The notes under the pieces: generated by a model
Databases searched by the model: none
Told to the model about the DNA's origin: nothing
Seen by the model: only the letters and a program-made list of their open reading frames with translations
From: Eledone cirrhosa
Taxonomy: Eukaryota
Direction of reading: 5' to 3'
Assembly (NCBI GenBank): GCA_964016885.1
Contig: CAXHJY010000004.1
Span: forward strand, 1-24,558
DNA: 24,558 nucleotides
Translations under genes and position numbers: made by a program
Part shown: positions 10,601 through 24,558 of the stretch, piece after piece
Layout of the letters: each line of letters begins with the position of its first letter
Numbering within the stretch: the stretch's first letter is position 1

Positions 10601-10831
10601 CTGTCAAAAGTACCAGGGGGAATGAGACGATCCCCCCTCCCCCCACCCACCTTCCCTTCAGCAACGCCATTTTGTCAAGCTGCTGCTGACGTCACCATCT
10701 TGTGAGCTAACCCTGACACCACATCACTCGGCTGGGATAGTGTTTTGTTCCTCTTACAGTGATTCCCCTTCAGCATCTCAGACAATAGGGAAAGACTGGT
10801 TTCAGAGTGGCTTTATAGAACAACGACAATG

Positions 10832-10832
<1 letters not shown>

Positions 10833-10875
<43 letters not shown>

Positions 10876-10980
10876 GGCTGCTGCTGTTGCTGCTGCTGTT
10901 GCTATTGTTGCTGCTACTGTTGCTGCTGATGCTATTGCTACTGCTACTACTGCTGTTGATGCTGCTACTGTTGCTACTAT
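10833..10980. repeat. Degenerate (GCT)n trinucleotide repeat
   Basis: Direct reading. Confidence 0.92.
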
Positions 10981-11167
10981 GTGGTTTGGCAGTATCGGTA
11001 GAGAGTCGGACGCCATGCTTTCCAGCGTAGTTACGTCCCTTTACGGTCTGAGTTCAAATCCCGCCGAGGTTAACTTTGCCTTTCATCCTTACGGGGTCGA
11101 TAAAATAAAGTACCAGTAATGCACTGGGGAAATTGCTGGTCTTGTGCCAAAAGTAGAAACAATTATA
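10981..11167 (+). mobile_element. SINE family A, copy 5
   Basis: A-box-like TGGCAGTATCGG from 10987, B-box GAGTTCAAATCC 11050-11061, full body and short tail. Confidence 0.93.
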
Positions 11168-11396
11168 AATAAACTATATACGCTGTTGTCCAAGAGCAAG
11201 GCAAAGGCCTATTCATTTCTCCGAGCTGAATGGACCGGAGTAAGGTCACAATGTATTGCCACTCTAGTGACACAACAAAGGTGGGGTTTATAGTCGGGGT
11301 AGTGGTAATAGTAAGGGGTGGCACTTGAAGGTGCAGAACAAGCCCTGTATGCGTCCTCTGGCAAAAAAAGTACATACCGGTGCCTTTGCCATACCA

Positions 11397-11587
11397 ATAA
11401 TTGTTTCTACTTTTGGCACAAGGCCAGCAATTACCCCAGTGCATTACTGGTACTTTATTTTATCGACCCCGTAAGGATAAAAGGCAACGTTAAGCTCGGC
11501 GGGTTTTGAACTCATAACATAAAGGGGAGATAACTCTGCCTGAAAGGATGGTGTCCGACCCTCTACTGATACTGCCAATCCACCACC
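11397..11587 (-). mobile_element. SINE family A, copy 6 (head more diverged)
   Basis: Tail and body match copies 2 and 3; several substitutions around the B-box. Confidence 0.92.
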
Positions 11588-11633
11588 TTAATCAAATTTG
11601 GTCAATTTAGTTGTAGTGATTAGTTTAGCTATT

Positions 11634-11793
11634 TGGATTGGCAGTATCGGTAGAGGGTCGGGCCCCATGCTTTGCAGCAAAGAGTTACGCCCCTTTATGA
11701 TCTGAGTTCAAATCCCGCCGAGGTTAACTTTGCCTTTCATCCTTACGGGGTCGATAAGATTAAGTACCAGTAATACACGGGGATAATTGCTGG
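11634..11793 (+). mobile_element. SINE family A, copy 7 (3'-truncated)
   Basis: TGGATTGGCAGTATCGGTAGAGGG...GAGTTCAAATCC...TAATTGCTGG, then homology stops. Confidence 0.92.
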
Positions 11794-11828
11794 AGGTGTC
11801 ACTGGCTGGGGCAGACCAACCTTAAGGT

Positions 11829-11843
11829 AGAGAGAGAGAGATT

Positions 11844-11880
<37 letters not shown>

Positions 11881-11893
11881 AGGGGGGGAGAGG

Positions 11894-11924
<31 letters not shown>

Positions 11925-12029
11925 AGAGAGAGAGCAAGAGAGATTTAGAGAGACAGAGAGACAGAGAGAGAAAGAGAGATAGAGATAGATAGATAGAGAG
12001 AGACAGAGAGAGAGAGAGACAGAGAGAGT

Positions 12030-12065
<36 letters not shown>

Positions 12066-12118
12066 GAGTGAGAAGGAGAGAGCAAAGCACAAGAGAGCAA
12101 GTGAGCAGGAGAGATGGA
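11829..12118. repeat. (GA)n-rich polypurine tract
   Basis: Direct reading. Confidence 0.93.
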
Positions 12119-12121
12119 AAG

Positions 12122-12198
12122 TTAGCGTTTTCGGCTCATGATGACAAGACTGTGTGAGAAGGACACACGGTCTTGTCATCATGAGCCGAAAACTCTAA
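12122..12198. repeat. 77-nt near-perfect hairpin (35-bp stem, 7-nt loop)
   Basis: TTAGCGTTTTCGGCTCATGATGACAAGACTGTGTG-AGAAGGA-CACACGGTCTTGTCATCATGAGCCGAAAACTCTAA; one mismatch and one T/G wobble. Confidence 0.95.
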
Positions 12199-12376
12199 TA
12201 ATTGTTTCTACTTCAGGCACAAGGCCAGCAATTACCCAGTGCATTACTGGTACTTTATTTTATCGACCCCGTAAGGATGAAAGGCAAAGTCAACCTCGGC
12301 GGGATTTAAACACATATCGTAAAGGGACGTAACTATGCTGGAAAGCATGGCGTCCGACCCTCTACCGATACTGCCA
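12197..12376 (-). mobile_element. SINE family A, copy 8 (few 5' bases missing)
   Basis: Matches copy 3 from the tail through GATACTGCCA. Confidence 0.92.
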
Positions 12377-12586
12377 TGAGCTCGGAAATGTTCCTATATA
12401 TTTCTCAAATCCTCCCTAATTGCTGTCACTTCTGCCGGATTTCTATATATTGCCGTAGTATTGTCAACTGTGACAATTCTTTTCTTCCTGATTTAGTTGT
12501 ATCTAATGTATATATTAATATAATGTATTAATATAATGGGTTGCGATGGTAAACGCATAGTCAGCCAATAAAACTGTCTTGTTGTG

Positions 12587-14225
<1,639 letters not shown>

Positions 14226-14279
14226 CACTTATTATTTGCAGGTTATTAAAGGGAATAATAGCAGGGATAAGGTTAGACA

Positions 14280-14468
14280 AAGGGAGAAAGGTAAAAATAA
14301 AGGTGTATGACGTGGGGTGGAGGGAAGGGTAGAGGGAGATACGGAGAGAGGAGGAGGAGAGGGAGTAAGATATAGAGTGAGGAGGTGGTGAGAGAGAGAT
14401 AGAGAGAGGAAGAGAGAGGGATGGAAAGAAAAAAACAGAAAGCGTAAGAGTCAAAGAGAGAGAGAGAG

Positions 14469-14523
<55 letters not shown>

Positions 14524-14744
14524 AGAACAGAGAGAAAGAGAGAGCAAGAGAGAAATAATGAGTCAAAGAAAGAGAGAGAGACAAGAGGGAGAGAAAGAGA
14601 AAAAAGAGCAAGAGAGAAAGAGTGAGAGGCAGAGAAGGAGCAAGAGAGAAAGAATAAGAGTCAAAGAGAGACAGAGAGAGAGAGTGAGAGACGAGAAATA
14701 GAAAGACAGAGAAAGAAAGAGCAAGAGAGAAATAGTGAGAGAGA

Positions 14745-14781
<37 letters not shown>

Positions 14782-14965
14782 ATAGAGATGGAGTGGGAGA
14801 GAGAAGAGAAGTAGAAAAACATAGAAAGAAAGAGAGAAATAGTGAGAGCCAAAGAGAGAGAGAGATAGATAGATAGATAGAGAGTGATAGAGGGAGATAG
14901 AGATAAAGAGGGAGATACAGATAGAGATAGATAGAGAGAGAGAGAGAGAGAGAGGGAGATAGAGA
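14280..14965. repeat. GA-rich polypurine low-complexity tract
   Basis: (GA)n and (GATA)n with recurring AGAGCAAGAGAGAAA and GAGTCAAAG motifs. Confidence 0.9.
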
Positions 14966-15061
14966 GTAGGTGTATAAGAATAAGATCGAATATCGAGAGG
15001 AAGACGATAATAAATAAAACAAAAACAAAACAATAGAAACTAACAAACAAAACATATTATT

Positions 15062-16594
<1,533 letters not shown>

Positions 16595-16810
16595 GGATCG
16601 ACCTCGGTGAAAAAGAAGGCTGCGTCGGGATTTTGCTGATTATCGGATGTCATTAGAGCAAACAGGGATCGATATTTCTATGAAAGGATCATATATACCA
16701 GTCAAGCAGAAACATCTATATATCTATCTATCGGTCTCTCTGTCTCTCTGTCTCTCTGTCTCTCTGTCTGACTGTCTGCCTGTCTGTCTATCTGTCCGTC
16801 AATCTCTCTC

Positions 16811-16875
<65 letters not shown>

Positions 16876-16899
16876 GTGAAAGATATCTATTTATATTTC

Positions 16900-17013
16900 T
16901 TTATTAGCCACAAGGGCGCGCAAGAAGAGGGGACTATACACAAGGCATATGGAAAATCCCAGCCATATGTCTGTGTATAGGCTACTTTTCTTGCGCGCCC
17001 TTGTGCCTAATAA
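16900..17013. repeat. About 114-bp imperfect inverted repeat (arms about 52 bp, 10-nt loop)
   Basis: TTATTAG.CACAAGGGCGCGCAAGAA...CTATACACA..CATATGG-AAAATCCCAG-CCATATG..TGTGTATAG...TTCTTGCGCGCCCTTGTG.CTAATAA; includes a perfect 18-bp paired block. Confidence 0.93.
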
Positions 17014-17077
17014 ACAAATATATCTATCTATCTATATATCGTCCTAGCTACTCTCTCTCTCTATCTCTATCTCTTAT

Positions 17078-17120
<43 letters not shown>

Positions 17121-17126
17121 ATCTCA

Positions 17127-17982
<856 letters not shown>

Positions 17983-18095
17983 TGGTTGTCATGGCGATGT
18001 TGTTACCATATCGGACACGTCCGGGACTAGTACAAAATCATATTCGGTGACGTTAATTAATGCGGATTCCTTTTCACCGGATCAACCTAGTCAAA

Positions 18096-18690
18096 GGTGG
18101 TGGTGGTGGTGGTGGTGGTGGTGGTGGGGTTGGTGGTGGTGGTGGTGGTGGTGGTGGCGGTGGTGGTGGTGGGGTTGGTGGGGTTGGTGGCGGTGGTGGT
18201 TTATGTGGTGGTGGTGGTGGTGGTGGTTTATGTGGTGGGTGATGGTGGTGGTGGTGGTTGGGTTGGTGGTGGTGGTGGTGGTGGGTGATGATGATGGCGG
18301 TGGTGTTGATAAAGATGGCGGTGGTGTTGTTGGTATTGATGATGTTAAGGATGATGGTGGTGGTGGTGGTGGGTGATGATGATGGCGGTGGTGTTGATAA
18401 AGATGGCGGTGGTGTTGTTGGTATTGATGATGTTAAGGATGATGGTGGTGGTGGTGGTGATAATGATGATGATGTTGTTAGCGACGATGGTAATGATGTT
18501 AATGATGGTAATGATGGTGGTGTTGGTGGTGGTGGTGGTTGTGGTGGTGGTGTTGGTGGTGGTGGTGGTGGTTGTGGTGGTGGTGGTGGTGGTGGTGGTG
18601 GTGGCGCTGGTGTGTTGGCGCTGGTGTGGTGGTGGTGGTATTGGTGGTGGTGGTGGTGTTGGTTGTGGTGGTGGCGGTGGTGGTGGTGAT
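18096..18690. repeat. (GGT)n/(GAT)n trinucleotide region with an internal 88-bp tandem duplication
   Basis: GGGTGATGATGATGGCGGTGGTGTTGATAAAGATGG... occurs at 18283 and 18371. Confidence 0.92.
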
Positions 18691-18844
18691 AAACAATCTG
18701 AAGAAAATATGATATCTTTACAGGACAGGACTCAGAAATGGAGACAGTAAAGTATTGAAGTAAAGGAGGAGGAGGAGAAGGAGGAGGAGAAGGAGGAGGA
18801 GGAGGAGGAGGAGGAGGTGGTGGAGGAGATGATTAGATTGATTC

Positions 18845-18881
<37 letters not shown>

Positions 18882-18937
18882 TATATATATAAATAATTTG
18901 ATATATCATCATCATCATTATCATCATCATTACCTTA

Positions 18938-20382
18938 TCTTCTTCTTCTTCTTCTTCTTCTTCTTCTTCTTCTTCTTCTACTTCACCCACTTATTCCTGC
19001 GCGGGTCTGGGGGTGGGGGGGGGGGGGGGAAGAGTCCTCAAACACTCCTTCTGTGGGTCCTGTGATAATCAATCCTCTCCAACTGGTCCGGGCTGGATTC
19101 CGAGACGAGACTAGCCAAGCTCTTGGATGTTACCCAACCCTCTTGCCCTTGGTCTACCACTTGGCCTCCTGTCGATTGATTTTGCCCGTAAAATCTGTCC
19201 AGCGGTTCTTTCCTTAGACGTTCTAACAATATGCCCATAGTGTCGGAGCTGTGATCTCTCAATGCGGAGAAGTCGTGGCTTTCCATAACGTGACTCTCTG
19301 ATCTCCAAGCTACGCACTCTATCGAATAACATTACTCCAAAGACCCTTTGAAGGGACCCCATTTCGGCCGCTTGTATTCGCGATCGTATCCTTTCGGCCA
19401 TTGCCCAAGATTCATGACTATAGGCAAGGGTTGGCCCGAATACCGAATTTAAGATAGCGAGTTTCACTTGTACACCTTCTTCTGTTTACTGAATACTAAA
19501 GCTGGCACATTACTGCAGCAGTTCCTGCAATTCTTGCAAATAATTCCTCCTCCTGCCTTCCATCACTCTCGGACATGGCCCTGAGATACTTGAACTTCTC
19601 CACCTGCTTCAATGGAACTCTACTCACATGTTGGGTGCACTGCGCAGGCTTCCTTGAGAGGACGAGTGTCTCAGTGCCATGCAGCACTCGGCATCAAACC
19701 TATCAAATGCAAGCTGGAGATCACCTTCTGTCGAGTTAAGTAACCTCATGTCATCTGCAGATTACAGCCGACTGATTTTACACCTGACAGTCATAATATC
19801 ACTTCCAGCCCGGCTGCGGAGGTCAATCCTGTTCATGAAAATAATTAATAGGAGAGGAGACAGTATGCACCCCTTGGCGGAGTCTAACTCCCACATTGAA
19901 TGGCTTCGATTTAGCACCATTTATCCTAACACAAATACTGAGGCATTCTTATAGAGATATCAGGACAGCAAGAAGCTGACCATCAATCCCATACTTCTGC
20001 AGAACCTTCCACAACAGGGCCCGAGGAACGCAGTCATATGCCTTTTCCACGTCTACAAAGCAAGAATACACCTCATAGCAATACTCCCATGATTTCTCGA
20101 AGACCTGCCGTGGTGTGAAATTTGGTCGGCTGTGCCGCTTCTAGGGCCAAAACCGCGCTGTTCCTTAGCTATCTTGGACTCTACAATCTCCCCGCATCTC
20201 TTTATCAGACACTTAGCAGAGACCTTACCTGGGAGGGGCTTAACAAGGGGGTCCCTCTGTAATTGGAACAATCTCTCTTGTCTCCTTTTGTGAAAATTGG
20301 GATTATCTTTCCCGATTGCCATTGCTTAGGGGCCTTTCAAGAGATCAAGGGCCACCCGTCACACACGAGTCAGCCAGAGAAT

Positions 20383-20388
<6 letters not shown>
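18938..20388 (-). mobile_element. 5'-truncated, decayed RTE-clade LINE (Rex3/Expander-like): RT domain to 3' (GAA)n tail
   Basis: Minus-strand pieces: WQSGKIIPIFTKGDKRDCSNYRG; EQRGFGPRSGTADQI; CFVDVEKAYDCVPR (20062-20021); RL*SADDM (ADD at 19758-19750); LKQVEKFKYL; KLAILNSVFGPTLAYSHESWAMAERIRSRIQAAEM...IERSQLRHYGHIVR; ends PRPAQE* at 18991, followed by (GAA)n. Multiple frameshifts and stops. Confidence 0.92.
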
Positions 20389-20425
<37 letters not shown>

Positions 20426-20878
20426 ATATACATACATAGATACATGCATAGGTACACAAACGTACATCCATGCATCCATACTTACATACATACTTATAAA
20501 TGTGTGTATATGTTTGTGTATGGATGTGTGATATTCTTTGTGCTAATCCATGTGTAAATTTGCGAGTGGTAGAGTGACTCTCTCTCTCTCTCTCTATATA
20601 TATAGGTATGTTTAGTCATTAGTGTGTTAGCGCGCACGTGTGTGTGTATGTGCGTGGGTGTGTGTGTGTGCAATCATTTAGTTACTGAACGTCTTCACAT
20701 ATAAAGACACACACGCATACACACACACATAAAGACACACACATACACACATATACACACATACATATACAAACACACAGAACCTGACTCATCTTCTGTA
20801 CACGCGGTCATTGATTTATGTATCTTTTGTGTATTTTACGAGCTTCAGTTGATTATCTAAACATCCTACGACTTTTCT

Positions 20879-22603
20879 TAGTGAGACTCAGGTGTCCAGT
20901 CCACTCTGTCTAGATGTACTGGTTATAGTGAGACTCAGGTGTCCAGTCCACTCTGTCTAGGTGTTGTACTGGTTATAGTGAGACTCAGGTGTCCAGTCCA
21001 CTCTGTCTAGGTGTTGTACTGGTTATAGTGAGACTCAGGTGTCCAAGTCCACTCTGTCTAGGTGTTGTACTGGTTATAGTGAGACTCAGGTGTCCAGTCC
21101 ACTCTGTCTAGGTGTTGTACTGGTTATAGTGAGACTCAGGTGTCCAGTCCACTCTGTCTAGGTGTTGTACTGGTTACTAGTGAGACTCAGGTGTCCCAGT
21201 CCACTCTGTCTAGGTGTTGTACTGTTATAGTGAGACTCAGGTGTCCAGTCCACTCTGTCTAGGTGTTGTACTGGTTATAGTGAGACTCAGGTGTCCAGTC
21301 CACTCTGTCTAGGTGTTGTACTGGTATAGTGAGACTCAGGTGTCCAGTCCACTCTGTCTAGATGTACTGGTTATAGTGAGACTCAGGTGTCCAGTCCACT
21401 CTGTCTAGGTGTTGTACTGGTTATAGTGAGACTCAGGTGTCCAGTCCACTCTGTCTAGATGTACTGGTTATAGTGAGACTCAGGGTGTCCAGTCCACTCT
21501 GTCTAGATGTTGTACTGGTTATAGTGAGACTCAGGTGTCCAGTCCACTCTGTCTAGATGTACTGGTTATAGTGAGACTCAGGTGTCCAGTCCACTCTGTC
21601 TAGATGTTGTACTGGTTATAGTGAGACTCAGGTGTCCAGTCCACTCTGTCTAGGTGTTGTACTGGTTATAGTGAGACTCAGGTGTCCAGTCCACTCTGTC
21701 TAGGTGTTGTACTGGTTATAGTGAGACTCAGGTGTCCAGTCCACTCTGTCTAGATGTTACTGGTTATAGTGAGACTCAGGTGTCCAGTCCACTCTGTCTA
21801 GATGTACTCGGTTATAGAGAGACTCAGGTGTCCAGTCCACTCTGTCTAGATGTTGTACTGGTTATAATGAGACTCAGGTGTCCAGTCCACTCTGTCTAGG
21901 TGTACTGGTTATAGTGAGACTCAGGTGTCCAGTCCACTCTGTCTAGGTGTTGTACTGGTTATAGTGAGACTCAGGTGTCCAGTCCACTCTGTCTAGGTGT
22001 TGTACTGGTTATAGTGAGACTCAGGTGTCCAGTCCACTCTGTCTAGGTATTGTACTGGTTATAGTGAGACTCAGGTGTCCAGTCCACTCTGTCTAGGTGT
22101 TGTACTGGTTATAGTGAGACTCAGGTGTCCAGTCCACTCTGTCTAGGTGTTGTACTGGTTATAATGAGACTCAGGTGTCCAGTCCACTCTGTCTAGGTGT
22201 TGTACTGGTTATAGTGAGACTCAGGTGTCCAGTCCACTCTGTCTAGGTGTTGTACTGGTTATAGTGAGACTCAGGTGTCCAGTCCACTCTGTCTAGATGT
22301 ACTGGTTATAGTGAGACTCAGGTGTCCAGTCCACTCTGTCTAGATGTACTGGTTATAGTGAGACTCGGGTGTCCAGTTCACTCTGTCTAGGTGTTGTACT
22401 GGTTATAGTGAGACTCAGGTGTCCAGTCCACTCTGTCTAGGTGTTGTACTGGTTATAGTGAGACTCAGGTGTCCAGTCCACTCTGTCTAGATGTACTGGT
22501 TATAGTGAGACTCAGGTGTCCAGCCCACTCTGTCTAGGTGTTGTACTGGTTATAGTGAGACTCAGGTGTCCAGTCCACTCTGTCTAGATGTTGTACTGGT
22601 TAT
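20879..22603. repeat. 50/47-bp tandem minisatellite, 35 units
   Basis: Unit AGTGAGACTCAGGTGTCCAGTCCACTCTGTCTAG(G/A)TG(TTG)TACTGGTTAT; 50-bp and 47-bp variants interspersed; no unique spacers. Confidence 0.97.
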
Positions 22604-22644
22604 TCAAAGCAACTGTTTCTTTATAGCCAGTTGTTGCTGATAGG

Positions 22645-22815
22645 AGGCCAATCAACAGAGAGTCGTCAGAACGTCGGGTAGCATACTTGCTCTTATGTGT
22701 TCCAGTTATCTGAGAGTTGTGTTCAAATCTCATCAACGTCTACTTCGCTTTTCATCTATTCGGGGTCGTCAGATGCAGTACCAGTCTCGTATTGAGGGTC
22801 GATATGTCCTCGATA
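22645..22815 (+). mobile_element. Old, highly diverged SINE family A copy 9 (long-tail type)
   Basis: GTGTTCAAATC (B-box), GCTTTTCATCTATTCGGGGTCG, AGTACCAGTC and GGGTCGAT occur in the same order as in copy 4. Confidence 0.75.
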
Positions 22816-22867
22816 TCTCTTTGGCTCTCGTTCTCGCTCTTAACGTTCTTTCATTCACACTCTCCGT

Positions 22868-22926
<59 letters not shown>

Positions 22927-22967
22927 TCTCTCTCTCTCTCTCTCTCTCACTCTCACATACACTCTAT

Positions 22968-23606
22968 CATCTGTTCATGTAGTGATCTGTTGATGTAGAC
23001 ATCTGTTGATGTAGACATCTGTTCATGTAGTGATCTGTTCATGTAGTCATCTCTTCATGTAGTCACCTGTTGATGTAATCATCTCTGTTCACGTAGTCAT
23101 CTGTTCATGTAGTCATCTGTTGTAGTCATCTGTTCATGTAGTCATCTGTTGTAGTCATCTGTTCATGTAGTCATCTCTTCATGTAGTCACCTGTTGATGT
23201 AATCATCTCTGTTCACGTAGTCATCTGTTCATGTAGTCATCTGTTCATGTAGTCATCTGTTGTAGTCATCTGTTCATGTAGTCATCTGTTCATGTAGTCA
23301 TCTGTTGTAGTCATCTGTTCATGTAGACACCTGGTGATGTAGTCATCTGTTGATGTAATCATCTGTTCATGTAGACATCTGTTGATGTAGTCATCTGTTG
23401 ATGTAGTCATCTGTTCATGTAGACACCTGTTGATGTAGTCATCTGTTGATGTAGTCATCTGTTCATGTAGACATCTGTTGATGTAGTCATCTGTTGATGT
23501 AGTCTTCTGTTCATGAAGTCATCTGTTGATGTAGTCATCTGTTGATGTAGTCATCTGTTGATGTAGTCATCTGTTGATGTAGTCATCTGTTCACGTAACC
23601 ATCTGT
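22968..23606. repeat. 16-bp tandem minisatellite (ATCTGTT[C/G]ATGTAGTC), about 40 units
   Basis: Direct reading; 13-bp and 18-bp variants; a variant block repeats at 23051 and 23175. Confidence 0.95.
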
Positions 23607-23609
23607 CAT

Positions 23610-24388
<779 letters not shown>

Positions 24389-24558
24389 GTTATATTTGGG
24401 GAGGGTCATATTGTTATAATATTGCCAGAAATAATAACAGAGCACACTCACTGTTTGGTTTGGGTTGGTTTTCTTTCTGTATCTTTTATATCTCCATAGT
24501 TAATTTATTTGGCAATCAATGTTTGTCATTGATTGACCAACGGTTAAAAAAATATCGA

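Noticed and set aside
10981-11070. SINE heads as functional tRNA genes
   Set aside because: A and B boxes are present but I could not fold a cloverleaf, and each head continues into the shared SINE body and tail.
10829-11119. Poly-Ala or poly-Gln coding exon
   Set aside because: A degenerate GCT repeat running directly into a SINE, with no flanking domain.
11205-11280. Further very old CORE-like SINE fragment between copies 5 and 6
   Set aside because: Resemblance to 2515-2560 is too weak to call without an alignment.
20879-22603. 50-bp array as CRISPR or coding repeat
   Set aside because: Units are contiguous without spacers, lengths are not multiples of 3, and no long ORF is present.

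Overview
Eukaryotic, repeat-saturated non-coding DNA (intronic or intergenic). I found no credible host protein-coding gene; almost every ORF in the track is a translated microsatellite. The dominant tRNA-derived SINE and the extreme (TA)n/(CA)n/(GA)n load resemble, from memory and not verified by search, coleoid cephalopod (octopod-like) genomes. The window contains nine copies of one SINE family (two tail variants, with readable target-site duplications and nesting), a second CORE-like SINE, and decayed non-LTR retrotransposon pieces of three clades: a Rex3/Expander-type RTE at 18938-20388, and a HERO-like RT piece joined head-to-head to a polyadenylated CRE-like 3' end at 5350-6219. There is also a possible Penelope-type hammerhead relic, three complex tandem arrays (72, 50/47 and 16 bp units) and many microsatellites. 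The most notable unexplained structures are three unrelated long palindromes (1589-1705, 12122-12198, 16900-17013), a +/-/+/- SINE quartet able to form dsRNA, and the HERO/CRE/72-bp-array junction. I cannot support a claim of a new biological system from sequence alone; the candidates are listed with tests.
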